A stretch of DNA of 32,000 nt from Candidatus Kuenenia stuttgartensis (GCF_900232105.1 NZ_LT934425.1:3150001-3182000); one strand, 5' to 3'; positions 1 through 8,393 are shown, counted from the first letter of the stretch. Numbers and translations are program-made. Notes: generated by a model not told the origin, from the sequence alone.

Positions 1-1200
1 TGCGTTGTCCTCTGAAATCATGCCGTTTAACGCATCAAGGTCTACGGTATCAGCATAGTGTGCATAGGTTTTATAGCCATCTTCACATAAAGCGCGAAAA
101 ATGAATATGTTGTTTTCCACGGGGTGGGGGGAAATCATAGGGTATACCTCTAAGCCGTCAATATTATTCCAGACGTTAAACTCAAGATCGTTGACTTCAA
201 AGTAATCGGAAAAATTTTTCTCTTCAATGGAAACCAACGCGGAGAGTTTTTTCGCGACAGAGACACGCACCAATGGAGTAGCAAAATACTTGACACGGTG
301 ATCCGCCCGCATTAATGTAGTAAGTCCGGCAAAATGGTCATCGTGGGCGTGGGTATGGAAGATGCCTTCAATCTCGTTAACATTAATTCCTAATGCTATA
401 AGACTATTGGCAATATTCGGTTCTGCGTCAATCAGATATACTTTCCCCTGAAACATTATAATGCTTGACATAGCAGGGCGTTTGATATCCCATCCATCGC
501 CCTGCCCGGAGTGAATTATCGCAAAATACTCCCTCTTTATGTTGTGAAACCCAAGTGAATAGGGGGCGCTGTAGTTTTCGTGGCGGGCAAGATTCAGGTC
601 AACCGTAATAAACTCGCCTTGGTACTGCAATTCAAAGACATTCAGGCGTAAATGTCTGATAAACACGCCATTTCGAATTTCCGTAGGCTCGTTTTTCACT
701 ATTACGGCGTCGAGAAGATCTTTAGTTTTATGGATTTTTCCATAGGCAAATTTTAACTTTACATTCATTAATTCCTTTGCCTCGTCAGGAGACATACCGG
801 CGTTTATTAATTCTTCTTCAGATACCAAACCGTAATTGCCTCTATATATATATTGCATTTGAGCCTCTACTTGGTCCTCTGACCCAATAAGCATTGGTTT
901 GGCATTTGTATTATTGGGGTGATTGGGCAACATCATTCCCTGGCGGTAGAGCATCTGCATTACGGGAAATTCTGCAAGATTTGCAAATCTTCCATTTTGT
1001 ACTAACAAGTCTGACAATAAAATAGCATTAGGCCCCGATTCATACTTATCTTCCCCTACTATTCTGTTTTGGATAAACCCCTGTTTTTTTAAATGTTTTA
1101 CGGCATCCGCCGGGCAACCACACAAGATATAAACACCGGCTTCGGGTATTTCTACCCAAAAGACTCCATTCGTAATCTTGCATTTTCTTAATTTGGACAT
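1..1200 (-). CDS. MBL-fold metallo-hydrolase, N-terminal 400 aa (C-terminus lies beyond the left window edge)
   Basis: Absent from the ORF track because it runs off the edge. ATG at 1200-1198 on the minus strand, open in frame to base 1. My translation begins MSKLRKCKITNGVFWVEIPEAG and contains GIFHTHAHDDHFAG, the HxHxDH zinc motif of metallo-beta-lactamase folds. About 240 aa before the motif are unassigned. Confidence 0.75.
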   Translation of the reverse strand, partial: MSKLRKCKITNGVFWVEIPEAGVYILCGCPADAVKHLKKQGFIQNRIVGEDKYESGPNAILLSDLLVQNGRFANLAEFPVMQMLYRQGMMLPNHPNNTNAKPMLIGSEDQVEAQMQYIYRGNYGLVSEEELINAGMSPDEAKELMNVKLKFAYGKIHKTKDLLDAVIVKNEPTEIRNGVFIRHLRLNVFELQYQGEFITVDLNLARHENYSAPYSLGFHNIKREYFAIIHSGQGDGWDIKRPAMSSIIMFQGKVYLIDAEPNIANSLIALGINVNEIEGIFHTHAHDDHFAGLTTLMRADHRVKYFATPLVRVSVAKKLSALVSIEEKNFSDYFEVNDLEFNVWNNIDGLEVYPMISPHPVENNIFIFRALCEDGYKTYAHYADTVDLDALNGMISEDNA

Positions 1201-1286
1201 TTATAAAAACCTTCCTGCAAATACTAAAAATAGAACGTAAACTATTATAGCCAAACAAATACTGTTGCCGAAAGATGAGCAATAAA

Positions 1287-1346
1287 ATTCACTGTAAGGG
1301 GTGACACGGACAAACTTGTTTGTCCGTGTCACCCCTTACAGTGAAT
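1287..1346. repeat. 60-bp perfect palindrome (29-nt arms, 2-nt centre)
   Basis: Left arm 1287-1315 (attcactgtaaggggtgacacggacaaac) is the exact reverse complement of 1318-1346, checked base by base. It lies between the divergent starts of the MBL gene (1200) and priA (1643). Confidence 0.95.
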
Positions 1347-1452
1347 GATAGAAGCACCATTTTGCGTGACTTTTCATAAACGCTAAAACTATACCATTGT
1401 ACCCATGGCAAGTAAATTAATTTTAAATAATTCATAACAATTTAGTACCTTA

Positions 1453-1513
1453 TCGGTAATTTCTTTGTATTTCTTGGCAAAATATTTAATTGTGAAATCC
1501 GAAATGCTCAATA
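1453..1513 (+). repeat. Family-A intergenic repeat, copy A1 (head only)
   Basis: tcggtaatttctttgtatttcttggcaaaatatttaattgtgaaatccgaaatgctcaata closely matches 6637-6690, 31926-32000 and the reverse complement of 9085-9140. Confidence 0.85.
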
Positions 1514-1579
1514 TACTAGAGAGGTTCACAATTTGTGATGTATCAACTTGATACAAGGCAATTATTCCATAAGGGGCGG

Positions 1580-1604
1580 CACTGACAAGCCTTGCTTGTC
1601 AGTG
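1580..1604. repeat. Short perfect palindrome (11-nt arms, 3-nt loop)
   Basis: cactgacaagc ctt gcttgtcagtg, 39 bp upstream of the priA ATG. Confidence 0.85.
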
Positions 1605-1642
1605 ATATAATTAGTTAACAATAAAACTCTCTTTCATCAGCG

Positions 1643-3928
1643 ATGAGCATTGCAGATAAATCATCAAAACTTCAAGATACGCCAACCGGCCAGACGCTAC
1701 AGCAATTATTTGCGGAAGTGGTTTTCAATATTCCGTTAAACAAGCTGTTTCACTACAGCGTGCCTCCGGATTTAAGGGAACTCCTCACGCCTGGTATGCG
1801 TGTAAAAGCGCCTTTTGGCAATAAGGTAATTACAGGTTTTTGCGTAGGCCTTACCACCATACCTTCCGTATATAAGACCAAAGATCTCATGGGGATACTG
1901 GATGCGTTTCCTCTGGCGGACGAGACTATGCTCAGGATTACAAAATGGCTTTCTTCCTACTATTGCTGCGGATGGGGAGAGGCGATACATGCGGTGATAC
2001 CGCCGGTCGTCAGGCGCGGCGCTAAGGAAAAGATTGACATTTTTGTTACCTGTGGCAAACCCCTTACCGCTTTTGAAAAAGAAACGATTTTGCAATCAAA
2101 AAAACGCGCGATAAAACAAGCGAAGGTGATGGAATTCCTTTTTAACCAGGCGCAAAATACAGAAATACGCGCAAAAGAGCTGATGAAGGCGACCGGCGGC
2201 ACTATGTCAATGCTCAGGCAGTTGGAACGGGAAAACCTCCTGCAATTGGAAGAACGGCAGGCAGATGCCGTAAATGCCCAGAAGGGAGGTGCACCTGTAC
2301 AACATTTAGCGCTTTCCGAAGAACAGCAGGCCGCCTTCACCTTAATCAAAGAGAAACTGGCGGAACCGTCTCAGGGAATCATCCTGCTTCATGGCATAAC
2401 TGGAAGCGGGAAAACGGAACTATATCTTCAGACAATAGCCAAACTATTGGAACAGGGGAGAAAAGCCCTGTTTCTTGTCCCGGAGATATCGCTTACCTCT
2501 CAAAGTATTCAGAGGATAAAGGAAAGATTCAATAACGTGGCGGTATTGCACAGTCATTTACAAGGCGCCTTTCACCACGCACAGTGGAAAGATATAAAGG
2601 AGGGCAGGGTGGACGTTGTTGTCGGCGCCAGGTCATCTATTTTTGCTCCGCTGAAGGACGTGGGGTTGATCATTCTTGATGAAGAACACGAGAATACGTA
2701 TAAACAGGAAAACAGCCCCAGGTATAATGCGCGTGATATAGCCATTCTCAGGGCAACCTACGAAAATGCAATGGTTATATTGGGCACCGCTACTCCGTCG
2801 CTGGAAAGCTATTATGAGGCGGAAAAGGGGAATTATACAAAGATAGTCCTTTCCAAAAGGATCGGAACCCTTCAACTTCCGCAGGTTGAAATCGTGGATA
2901 TGCTTGAAGAAGTACGTAAGAAAAGGGGATACCATGTTGTATCACAACGGCTTGAATATTATATGAAACAGGCATTGTCCCGGAGGGAGCAGGTAATTTT
3001 ATTTTTAAACCGCAGGGGTTTTACCCCTTACATTCATTGTAAGAGGTGCGGATTTGTATTAAAATGCCACCGGTGTGATATCCCCCTTACCTTTCACAAA
3101 AAGTTAAACATCGTACTGTGCCATTACTGTCATGCGGAGGCAATCCCCCCGGAATCATGTCCGGATTGTATGGCAAATTATATTAATTACCGTGGTTTTG
3201 GCACTGAAAAAATAGAAGAGGTGATTGCTAAAAAATTTCCCGGATATAACATTCTCCGGATGGACAGCGATTCCATGCGATCACACGGCTCCCATGAAAA
3301 GGCATTAAAGGCATTCGGAGAAGGAGAATTCCAGATATTACTCGGCACACAAATGATTGCAAAGGGTCTGGACTTCCCCAATGTTACCCTGGTTGGCGTA
3401 ATTTCTGCGGATACCATGCTGAATCTTCCGGATTTTCGTGCAGGCGAAAGGACCTTCCAGTTAATATCTCAGGTTGCGGGACGTACGGGAAGAGGGCAAA
3501 AGGGGGGACGCGTGATAGTGCAGTCCTTTAATCCAAGACATTACAGCATTACCTACGCAGCAGCCCATGACTATGAAGGTTTTGCAAAAAAGGAATTGGA
3601 ATATAGAAGGCCATTGAACTATCCCCCGTTTGGCAGGATGGCAAGGATTATCTTTCGGGGCGCATCGGAAAAAAACACAGAGGAAAAGGCATCGGTGATT
3701 GCCGGTAAACTGAAAGAAATCGCAAAAGAAAGCAATAATCAACTGCAAATACTGGGGCCGTCGCCCGCCCCGGTAATGAAAATTAATAATCTGTTCCGAT
3801 GGCATCTTCTGCTAAAAGCAAAAGACCACCAGCGCATCCATGATGCATTGCTATGCGTTGCCGATACGTTGAAACCAACAAAAGGCGTCCAGTCGCTCGT
3901 TGATGTCGACCCCTATATGATGTTATAG
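1643..3928 (+). CDS. priA: Primosomal protein N' (replication restart helicase PriA)
   Basis: 761 aa. Walker A GITGSGKTE, DEEH box, and the Cys-rich zinc region CKRCGFVLKCHRCDIPLTFHKKLNIVLCHYCHAEAIPPESCPDC typical of PriA. Confidence 0.93.
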   Translation: MSIADKSSKLQDTPTGQTLQQLFAEVVFNIPLNKLFHYSVPPDLRELLTPGMRVKAPFGNKVITGFCVGLTTIPSVYKTKDLMGILDAFPLADETMLRITKWLSSYYCCGWGEAIHAVIPPVVRRGAKEKIDIFVTCGKPLTAFEKETILQSKKRAIKQAKVMEFLFNQAQNTEIRAKELMKATGGTMSMLRQLERENLLQLEERQADAVNAQKGGAPVQHLALSEEQQAAFTLIKEKLAEPSQGIILLHGITGSGKTELYLQTIAKLLEQGRKALFLVPEISLTSQSIQRIKERFNNVAVLHSHLQGAFHHAQWKDIKEGRVDVVVGARSSIFAPLKDVGLIILDEEHENTYKQENSPRYNARDIAILRATYENAMVILGTATPSLESYYEAEKGNYTKIVLSKRIGTLQLPQVEIVDMLEEVRKKRGYHVVSQRLEYYMKQALSRREQVILFLNRRGFTPYIHCKRCGFVLKCHRCDIPLTFHKKLNIVLCHYCHAEAIPPESCPDCMANYINYRGFGTEKIEEVIAKKFPGYNILRMDSDSMRSHGSHEKALKAFGEGEFQILLGTQMIAKGLDFPNVTLVGVISADTMLNLPDFRAGERTFQLISQVAGRTGRGQKGGRVIVQSFNPRHYSITYAAAHDYEGFAKKELEYRRPLNYPPFGRMARIIFRGASEKNTEEKASVIAGKLKEIAKESNNQLQILGPSPAPVMKINNLFRWHLLLKAKDHQRIHDALLCVADTLKPTKGVQSLVDVDPYMML

Positions 3929-4017
3929 CACCGGCATTTTTATTTTTTTGCATGCTTGTATGTCTGGCTTCTCAATGAACATTTAATCCGATATTCCTGA
4001 CGATATGGTTGTTTTCC

Positions 4018-4581
4018 CTAAAATTTTACTTTAGGCACTTCCTTCTCTGCCTCTGATACTTCAAAATAACTTGCCTCTGTTACACCAACACGTGCGGCAA
4101 AGAATCTGCCAAAAAAACTTTTTATATAGGTGTTAAGTTCTTTTACTGAATCGTTATAGCGTTTACGCTCTACGGAAATCCGGTTTTCAGAACCTTCCAA
4201 TGTATCCTGTAGCTTAAGAAATGATTCATTTGCCTTGAGATCCGGGTATGCTTCTCTGAATGCAAGCAGGCGGGAAAGAAAACCTTCGATCTGTGTTGCA
4301 GCCTTTGCCTTATCCGCAATTGTTCCTGCGCTAAAATATCCCCTGCGGGCCTCCGCAAGTTTTTCAAAAACTTCTCTTTCGTGCGATGCATAACCTTTTA
4401 CGGTTTCTACCAGATTAGGAATGAGGTCATACCTTCGCTTAAGCTGTGTATCCACTTGTGACCATGAGTTCTTGACGTTTTCATTCAGTTTTACCACCTT
4501 ATTGTATCCTTTGACATACCAGGAAACAGCAATGATTCCTACAAAAACCAAAACAGCAATGACAGGTAATATCTTTCTCAT
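4018..4581 (-). CDS. lemA: LemA family membrane protein
   Basis: 187 aa with an N-terminal TM helix. WSQVDTQLKRRYDLIPNLVETVKGYASHEREVF is the LemA signature. GGAAGG lies upstream of the ATG. Confidence 0.9.
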   Translation of the reverse strand: MRKILPVIAVLVFVGIIAVSWYVKGYNKVVKLNENVKNSWSQVDTQLKRRYDLIPNLVETVKGYASHEREVFEKLAEARRGYFSAGTIADKAKAATQIEGFLSRLLAFREAYPDLKANESFLKLQDTLEGSENRISVERKRYNDSVKELNTYIKSFFGRFFAARVGVTEASYFEVSEAEKEVPKVKF

Positions 4582-4672
4582 AACCGCCTTCCAATAATAT
4601 ATTGTAAAGTTAATTTAGTACTGTTTTAGGGACATAGAAGAATTTAATATGCCAGTAATTATCATTACTTTG

Positions 4673-4802
4673 CTCAGTTCTCAGTTCTCAGTCCTCAGTC
4701 CTCAGTCCTCAATCCTCAGTCCTCAATCTGCAATTTGCCGACTGCCTACAATCGGACTGCCGATTGCCGAGCACTACGGTATAATAGAAAAATCCAGGTC
4801 CC
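4673..4802 (-). repeat. Family-B element, copy B1: head plus heptanucleotide tandem array
   Basis: Plus strand: eight consecutive heptamers CTCAGTY/CTCAATC at 4673-4728. The 7-nt register decays through tgcaatt tgccgac tgcctac to about 4777. The head ggtataatagaaaaatccaggtccc ends at the TPM stop codon. Homologous to 11095-11164 and 19391-19436. Confidence 0.9.
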
Positions 4803-5573
4803 TTACCACCTGCCGGAGGCGCCGCCCCCGCCAAACGAACCGCCCATCCCGCCGCCAAAGCCTCCGAAACCACCGGAACCCCCCGATCCAAAACCCCTTG
4901 AACCGCCGGAACCGCCCCAATAATACGGTGAGAACATCATCCTCCGCCGAAGTATACCGCCGCCAAACAAGAAGGGTAATATGAAAAATATTAATAACAA
5001 CGACGACAGTGGGCTCCTGCGCCTTTCTGCTGCCCTGCGTATTTTTGTCATGTCAGGCATGCCAGTTATTTTGACGCCTTTTTCTTCGGCAATTTTATCC
5101 ACCATTACCAATGTGGCCAGAAAAATGCCTTCGCCAAACTGCTCCTTTTTAAAATTAGGAACAAAAAATGTCCTCCCGAGAGTACCACAAAAGCTGTCAG
5201 GCAATATACCCTCAAGACCGTATCCTATTTCAAATCTGTATGCCCGGTCATTTTTTGCCACGACGATAAGCGCCCCGTTATCTTTCCCTTCCTGTCCCAA
5301 TTTCCACTTAGTAGCAAGGTTGATAGTATACATCTCAATAGGTATATTGTCGGTGGTATCCACCGTAAGAACCACCATTTGCGCACCCGTTTTTTGTTCC
5401 AGTTCCTGCAAATATCCGTTCAGCTTGTTTTCTATCCGGGCTTCGATGATATTTGCCTTGTCTTCCACATATCGTTTGGGCACGGGTAAATCTTGTCCGT
5501 ACGAAACAGCGGAAAAGAAAAAAATAAGCAGAAAAAAACAGATATGTGTAGAGAGAGAATGTTTTTTATACAT
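4803..5573 (-). CDS. TPM-domain (YgcG-like) protein with signal peptide and Gly-rich C-terminal tail
   Basis: I prefer the ATG at 5573 (MYKKHSLSTHICFFLLIFFF...) because AAGGTGG precedes it. The longer track ORF would overlap the upstream gene by 70 nt. It has a TPM-like core (VVLTVDTTDNIPIEMYT, RFEIGYGLEGILPD) and a GGSGGFGGFGGG tail. Pairing with LemA is the usual arrangement. Confidence 0.85.
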   Translation of the reverse strand: MYKKHSLSTHICFFLLIFFFSAVSYGQDLPVPKRYVEDKANIIEARIENKLNGYLQELEQKTGAQMVVLTVDTTDNIPIEMYTINLATKWKLGQEGKDNGALIVVAKNDRAYRFEIGYGLEGILPDSFCGTLGRTFFVPNFKKEQFGEGIFLATLVMVDKIAEEKGVKITGMPDMTKIRRAAERRRSPLSSLLLIFFILPFLFGGGILRRRMMFSPYYWGGSGGSRGFGSGGSGGFGGFGGGMGGSFGGGGASGRW

Positions 5574-6321
5574 TTTCCACCTTAAATTCATCAATTTTCC
5601 CGGCAAGGGCATCAATTTCACAGTACAATTCTTCAAAAATTTCTTTCAGTTCCTCAGCGGAAGGATTCAAGTCCTTCGCCTTTATCGCAAGCAATTTGGT
5701 AAATGGGTCAATTTTGATATTACAGCAATCCCTTATTGCAGAGAGAATCGCACTCTTTTCTTTAGGGATTTTTTGACCGTACAAAAAGAGGATGCCGCAA
5801 AAAATAGGAAAGTAGCCGGAAATGGCGCCTTTGAACAAATCCCTTAGCACCGTCTTATTACCCATAGCCCTTATAAATCCCTGACAAATTTGCTGAAGTC
5901 TGCTTTTCAACTCGCGCTCGCATTGAAGCCTGATATCTTTTTTCTCAATCGTTATATTTTTCAGGATATCTTCTCCGTAAGCAAGCTGATTGTTGTTCTT
6001 CATATCTAAAAACTCTAATGGAAATTCGGCTAAAGACCTTTCGATATAATTTTTTGTCATTACAAGAGGCGCATGTAGCTTTTTTTTGCCATATTGCTTC
6101 CCCAAAGAAGCAATAAAGTCGAAAAAGGTGACCTTGATCTCCTTAACGACAATTAATGTGTTGATATCGGAATGTTTTACATCAAAATCTTTTGTTATGG
6201 CGCTGCCGGTGAGGTATATAGAAACGATATTTTCTTTGTGATGCGATAGAATATCGAGAAAGAACGATTCTACATTTTTTTTAATTTCAGCAGATAAATA
6301 GGAAAGATTAAGATTTTCCAT
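5566..6321 (-). CDS. Nucleotidyltransferase-fold protein with helical C-terminal domain
   Basis: 251 aa. LTGSAITKDFDVKHSDINTLIVV fits the minimal NTase pattern G-S-x11-D-x-(D/E), but with Asn at the second acidic position. The stop overlaps the TPM start by 8 nt. Confidence 0.6.
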   Translation of the reverse strand: MENLNLSYLSAEIKKNVESFFLDILSHHKENIVSIYLTGSAITKDFDVKHSDINTLIVVKEIKVTFFDFIASLGKQYGKKKLHAPLVMTKNYIERSLAEFPLEFLDMKNNNQLAYGEDILKNITIEKKDIRLQCERELKSRLQQICQGFIRAMGNKTVLRDLFKGAISGYFPIFCGILFLYGQKIPKEKSAILSAIRDCCNIKIDPFTKLLAIKAKDLNPSAEELKEIFEELYCEIDALAGKIDEFKVENV

Positions 6322-6364
6322 TGACTCGTTCCTCCAAATATATGCACCATACGTTTTAAATTAA

Positions 6365-6616
6365 CTAACTTTCCCGCTCTTCCAGTTTTTTCCGTAATGC
6401 GATATTTTCCTTTTTCGTAGTTTCCAGGTCAAATTGCAGATATTTTATGTTTAATCGCAATGTGTCAAGGGTTTCCTGTAACATCTTAAATGATTTCAGG
6501 AGATCTTCACATTTTTCTCCCATTTCACTATACATGGTTAACCCTTTTAATTCGGCCAGTTGTTTAATTTCTTCCAATAGTTTTAACAACCTGTTCTGAA
6601 AAACCTGATCATCCAT
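6365..6616 (-). CDS. Small coiled-coil protein, function unknown
   Basis: I prefer the ATG at 6616 (MDDQVFQNRLLKLLEEIKQL..., 83 aa) because GGAGG lies 8 nt upstream. The longer track start would read through the family-A repeat. The sequence is heptad-like and Leu/Glu/Lys rich. Confidence 0.5.
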   Translation of the reverse strand: MDDQVFQNRLLKLLEEIKQLAELKGLTMYSEMGEKCEDLLKSFKMLQETLDTLRLNIKYLQFDLETTKKENIALRKKLEERES

Positions 6617-6636
6617 GAAGTATGCCTCCGTCAGTA

Positions 6637-6833
6637 ATTTTTTTGTATTTTTTGGCAAAATATTTAATGGTAAAATCCGAAAACAACTTCTAATGACAAA
6701 ATGCTTTGAAATTCTAAACAAATGCCTCTTTCTTATTTCGTGTTTCATATTTTGTTGTATGTTTTGGATTTGTTTTGAATTTTATGCTTTGTTATTCAAA
6801 TTTGTTTCGTATTTCGTGCTTCGTGCTTGTCTG
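6637..6833 (+). repeat. Family-A composite element, copy A2 (about 200 bp, internally inverted)
   Basis: The head cagtaatttttttgtattttttggcaaaatatttaatggtaaaatccgaaaac is followed by a tail that reads as the inverted partner (aaatttgtttcgtatttcgtgcttcg). It aligns by eye over nearly its full length with the reverse complement of 8907-9140. Confidence 0.8.
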
Positions 6834-7048
6834 GTTTAACTTGCATGATAAGTCACAGGGTGTTCAATGTCAAGCCATAAGATGGTTAAGGGTAGAGAAT
6901 GCTGTATTGACAATAAAATTTAAATTTGACAATGCCGTTTTTTGCCCATATACTTTTAAGCATTAATGTAAGGAAAAGGGTTTTTCGCTATTAAATTCTG
7001 AAATTTGACTCAATTTTGTTGTGGCAATTTTCTTTTAAGGAGTTATCG

Positions 7049-7924
7049 TTGGAGTGGGATGAATCAGCAACGCTGTTACTGGAGAAAGTGCCTCCATTTG
7101 TACATAAAAAAGTGCGTGACAGGGTGGAGTCGCTCGCCCGTGAGCAGGGAAAAAACCTGATTACCTCAGTTGAAGTTATTGCGGCCAGAGAAGCTTTTGC
7201 CTTCAACCAAAATCTCCCCCCTCAAACAGTAAACAAAGAAACCGAAACCGGCAAACTCTCCGTACTCAGGAAATATCAAAAATACTTTGACGCACAGGGC
7301 AACCCTGTCTTATATCAGGCAAAAGCCTGCAGAGGAGCGGAGGTTAACTGTCCATTTCTTATTAAAGATTCCGAAATTTTAGCGGATAAACTCCGCGAGA
7401 AGTTAAAGGAATTGCATTTCACTGACAGATTAATAGAAAAAATTGAGGGCAGAATATTGCCTCACCACACCATGAAACTTGCGGTAGCCGGCTGTCCCAA
7501 CAGTTGCTCTATGCCGCAAATTAAAGATTTTGGAGTTCATGCGGTTGAACCAGTTTTTGTTGACGCCGAATGCGAATGCATTGAATGCATGAAATGCGTG
7601 GAAGCATGCCGCGAAGATGCCATAACGGTGAAGGATGCACAGGTAACCATTGATAAGGAAAAATGTGTAGAATGCGGTATTTGCGCAAAGGTGTGTCCTG
7701 TTGGCACGATAAAGGCATCGGAAGTCAAATTCCGTGTAATGATTGGCGGAAAACTCGGTCGCCATCCCAGGTTTGCCCTGGAGCTGTTCCCGAATACAGA
7801 TGAATCTACGGTGCTAAAGGCATTGGAAGTGTGTGCAGAAATGATTATTTCAAATAAGGAAGAACACCGGTTTAGAGTACTGGTGGAACAAAAGGGAATA
7901 GAGGAGATAAAAAACAAGATATGA
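7049..7924 (+). CDS. Fe-S protein: PCP-reductase-type N-terminal domain, sulfite/nitrite-reductase-like Cys cluster and 2x[4Fe-4S] ferredoxin insert
   Basis: Preferred start is TTG 7049, 6 nt after AAGGAG (7037-7042); the track start is TTG 7016. Motifs are CRGAEVNC...KLAVAGCPNSCSMPQIKDFG, CIECMKCVEACREDAI and CVECGICAKVCPVGTI. The stop overlaps the next start as ATGA. Confidence 0.65.
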   Translation: MEWDESATLLLEKVPPFVHKKVRDRVESLAREQGKNLITSVEVIAAREAFAFNQNLPPQTVNKETETGKLSVLRKYQKYFDAQGNPVLYQAKACRGAEVNCPFLIKDSEILADKLREKLKELHFTDRLIEKIEGRILPHHTMKLAVAGCPNSCSMPQIKDFGVHAVEPVFVDAECECIECMKCVEACREDAITVKDAQVTIDKEKCVECGICAKVCPVGTIKASEVKFRVMIGGKLGRHPRFALELFPNTDESTVLKALEVCAEMIISNKEEHRFRVLVEQKGIEEIKNKI

Positions 7925-8388
7925 TATTGTGCGATACCGACAGAAAGATTCTTCATCGATTGCAGTCAAATTTGCCGCTGGTATCAAGGCCCTTTGAGGC
8001 ATTGAGCAAAGAGCTGGGCATTGATGAAGACACGATTATTGAACGAATTAAATACATGATTGACAATAAATTTGTCAGACGCCTCGCCCCAATAATAAAC
8101 ACCCAGGCAATGGGAAGGGAAGCAACGCTAGCGGCAATAAATGTTCCTGAGGAACGGATTGAAGAAGTAAGTGAAATTATCAATGGATATACCGGCGTAT
8201 CTCATAATTATCTCCGCAACGGAAAAAACAAAGATATACCATACAATATGTGGTTTACCATGTCCGCCAAAGATGACGAAGAATTGCGCAGCAATCTAAA
8301 GGAAATAGAGTATCGTACAGGGCTGGTTGTAAGAAGTCTGCCTACAACAAAGAAATTCAAGATAGGGGTTAAATTTAAAATTTATTAA
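7921..8388 (+). CDS. ahbA: Siroheme decarboxylase subunit, AsnC/Lrp-like (AhbA/NirDL family)
   Basis: 155 aa. DRKILHRLQSNLPLVSRPFEALSKELGIDEDTIIERIKYMIDNKFVRRLAPIIN plus VSHNYLR resembles AhbA/AhbB/NirD-L-G-H proteins. Which paralogue is A and which is B is my guess. Confidence 0.75.
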   Translation: MILCDTDRKILHRLQSNLPLVSRPFEALSKELGIDEDTIIERIKYMIDNKFVRRLAPIINTQAMGREATLAAINVPEERIEEVSEIINGYTGVSHNYLRNGKNKDIPYNMWFTMSAKDDEELRSNLKEIEYRTGLVVRSLPTTKKFKIGVKFKIY

Positions 8389-8393
8389 TAATT

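Noticed and set aside
1046-1282. 78-aa minus-strand ORF overlapping the MBL gene start
   Set aside because: It is out of frame with the much longer MBL reading frame, which has a clear catalytic motif. It has no independent support.
4649-4984. Plus-strand ORFs of 111 aa and 62 aa, rich in Pro, Arg and Ser (4649-4984 and 4735-4923)
   Set aside because: They are read-through of the heptamer array (giving the LSPQSS repeats) and of the antisense strand of the Gly-rich tail of the TPM gene (giving the PPEPP repeats). The minus strand carries a recognisable gene with a good start context.
4981-5847. 288-aa plus-strand ORF
   Set aside because: It is an antisense shadow of the TPM and NTase genes. 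It has no recognisable motifs and no start context, and the opposite strand is clearly coding.
6617-6748. N-terminal extension of the small coiled-coil ORF (track start 6748)
   Set aside because: The extension is encoded by the family-A repeat head. The internal ATG at 6616 has GGAGG at proper spacing.
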